A stretch of DNA of 64,000 nt from positions 1,116,001 through 1,180,000 of the forward strand of contig NW_027117341.1 of NCBI RefSeq assembly GCF_038025025.1. The letters run 5' to 3'. Positions 62,339-64,000 of the stretch are shown piece by piece. A program made the position numbers and the translations under genes. The notes beneath the pieces were generated by a model, which saw only the letters and a list, made by a program, of their open reading frames with translations, was not told where the DNA came from and did no database searches. Every line of letters begins with the position of its first letter. Within the stretch, counting starts at the first letter, position 1. Source of the DNA: Phyllosticta citribraziliensis (Eukaryota).

Positions 62339-63179
62339 AGAAAGATATATAAGATACATACACATATTCTTCACACTCAGTCTCAGACCGGAAATGCCAT
62401 CATCAGAAACGACGAGGACGCGTAACTAATACCAAGGGACTGAAGGTGCGCCGGGTAGGTAGGCAAGGAGTATGGGCTCGTTTATATTATTCAGAAGGGC
62501 AATGGTTGCGGCAAGACATTCGTATAAACGAAGACGGGTAACCGCCATCTCATGAGTGATCCTCCCTCGGAGGTTTATAAGTTGAATGGCCCGCTCCGAA
62601 CCGCGCTACCGCCTCGCTCCCAATTGAACTTTGCGTCCGAGGTTAGGTAAACATCCGATTCATGGGACAAGGTAACTGTAAAATCTTAAAAGAAAACCTA
62701 AAGCACTAGCATAAGAGTAAAAAGTAGGAACAGCACGTCCACAGTGGATATTCGCTTCTGCTCTTGCCTATTTGCTGACTTAAAGGGAGATAGATCGCGG
62801 GTTGAGCTGCATGCCCGACAAACAGGCTCACGACCGAGGCCCCGCGGGCGAAACCAAGACCTGAGTCTCCATCCGTCCACGGTGGGCGCGCCGGACGAGG
62901 TACCGAAAATGGTCGGAGTTTTCGCGAGCGGCGGCTTGAAGATGGACGGAGCTGCCGTACCAGCAAGTGGACGCTGCTGGGAGGAAACACGACCACGTCG
63001 CTATGACGGCGACCCATTGTAGCAGCGACATGACGGTCATCGCGATGTCGCTATTTAAGAGAGCAAGTCTTTCGTGTCCTCCGCCGGCCGTCAAATCGGC
63101 AGTCGCTCTCTTTCCCGCCTTTGCATGCGCCTTGTTGCAAAAGCCAGCCAATACCCACATTGTTGTCACCATCGTCATC

Positions 63180-63533
63180 ATGAGACTTGGCAGTCTCTAC
63201 GCGGCCATATTGGCTACAGTCCTCTTTTCCATCACTTCGCTCGTCCACGGCCACGCCTGCCTCTCCTTGCCAGGGGCTTGTGACAGCGTCAAAAGCTCCT
63301 CGCAAACCCTTCAATATCTCTGCAATAATTGCGCCACTTGCGGCGACGACGGAGAGGGCTACACGTACGTACCTGATATGACGGTGGGCGGTTGGATGGA
63401 GAGCAAAAACAGAGATCTGACTCGGGGATACAAACGCAGTGTCTTCGCTTGCGACAAGAAAGGAATTGCGTGCGAAAAGGTCAAAGGCTCCGTGTCGGAT
63501 TGCAAGAATTGCCAGAGTCCGTACTGTCATTAG
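63180..63533 (+). CDS. Small secreted 10-Cys protein, paralog 2 (92 aa, 2 exons)
   Basis: Signal peptide MRLGSLYAAILATVLFSITSLVHG. Intron 63365-63439 (GTACGT..CTGAC..CAG) gives LCNNCATCGDDGEGYT/VFACDKKGIAC. Confidence 0.8.
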   Translation: MRLGSLYAAILATVLFSITSLVHGHACLSLPGACDSVKSSSQTLQYLCNNCATCGDDGEGYTYVPDMTVGGWMESKNRDLTRGYKRSVFACDKKGIACEKVKGSVSDCKNCQSPYCH

Positions 63534-63789
63534 CCGCCTCAATGGAAGATGGGAAAACGCGCTGTGGTGGTGGCTCAGGATAGTTTCCTTTTGACAAACG
63601 CGTCTGCGCGCACACCTTCGACTGCAGTCTCGCAGTCATTTCTTGCTTGCTTGTTTGCTTTGGGGTCAGAGACAGTCCTATCGCCCAGACAGTTCTCTTG
63701 TTGGTTATACGTCTTATTATCGCCGTCTTGCGCACTTGGCGCGATGGCCTCAATCAAACTGTTTTCACACCGTCTTCGTCCATCATCAC

Positions 63790-63966
63790 TTCCTTTTGCG
63801 CATGGCGTTAGTTGTGAGTTTATGGTATTCCTGTTGCCGATGTCATTCTGGATTCGGGGGAGCGGACGGACGGACGAATGAGCTGGACTGGTTTTGGACA
63901 GTCTTCTCCTTGATGCATTGATACTTCTGTTCGTGCAATCAGCTTCTTCGCTCTCGGAGAGACATA
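63790..63966 (+). repeat. Diverged direct duplicate of 61730-61920
   Basis: Shared blocks catggcgttagttgtga, tggtattc, tcattctg, cggacgaatga, gtcttctccttgat and cttcgctctc. Confidence 0.85.
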
Positions 63967-64000
63967 GGCTGCTGAATGACTGACCCCCCCCCCCCCCCCC

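Noticed and set aside
62967..63533. 188-aa ORF as listed in the track
   Set aside because: The signal peptide starts at ATG 63180, and 63365-63439 is best read as an in-frame 75-nt intron, supported by the paralog.
63985..64000. Poly-C run
   Set aside because: Truncated by the window edge and uninterpretable.

Overview
This is a fungal (filamentous ascomycete) genomic window with short GT..AG introns and CTRAC-type branch points. The conserved backbone carries a GPI-type cell-wall protein, an HExxH protein, Scn1/TatD, a CSC1/OSCA channel, an acetoin-reductase-like SDR, Ask1, carnitine acetyltransferase, an NmrA-like protein, mitochondrial MDH, RpiB, FarA/Ctf1-alpha, Csm1/Pcs1, a class II chitin synthase, a Pth11-like membrane protein and a large repeat protein. 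Accessory stretches lie between these genes and hold two unexplained paralogous systems. (1) An intronless two-gene cassette of genes I do not recognise (A + B) occurs twice, at about 11-14.8 kb and 25.7-28.5 kb, with old protein-level divergence and partial decay. (2) Two paralogous 10-cysteine small secreted proteins (45.0-45.4 kb and 63.2-63.5 kb) share an intron position, and each has a different MITE within 1 kb upstream. One MITE has a perfect 15-bp TIR and 8-bp TSD, and its empty site is preserved in a nearby duplication. Other observations are FarA-type CCGAGG sites in the CAT promoter and in farA's own introns, a 101-codon ORF ending 38 nt before rpiB, and an SDR pseudogene. All family calls come from motif recognition by eye; no database search was run.
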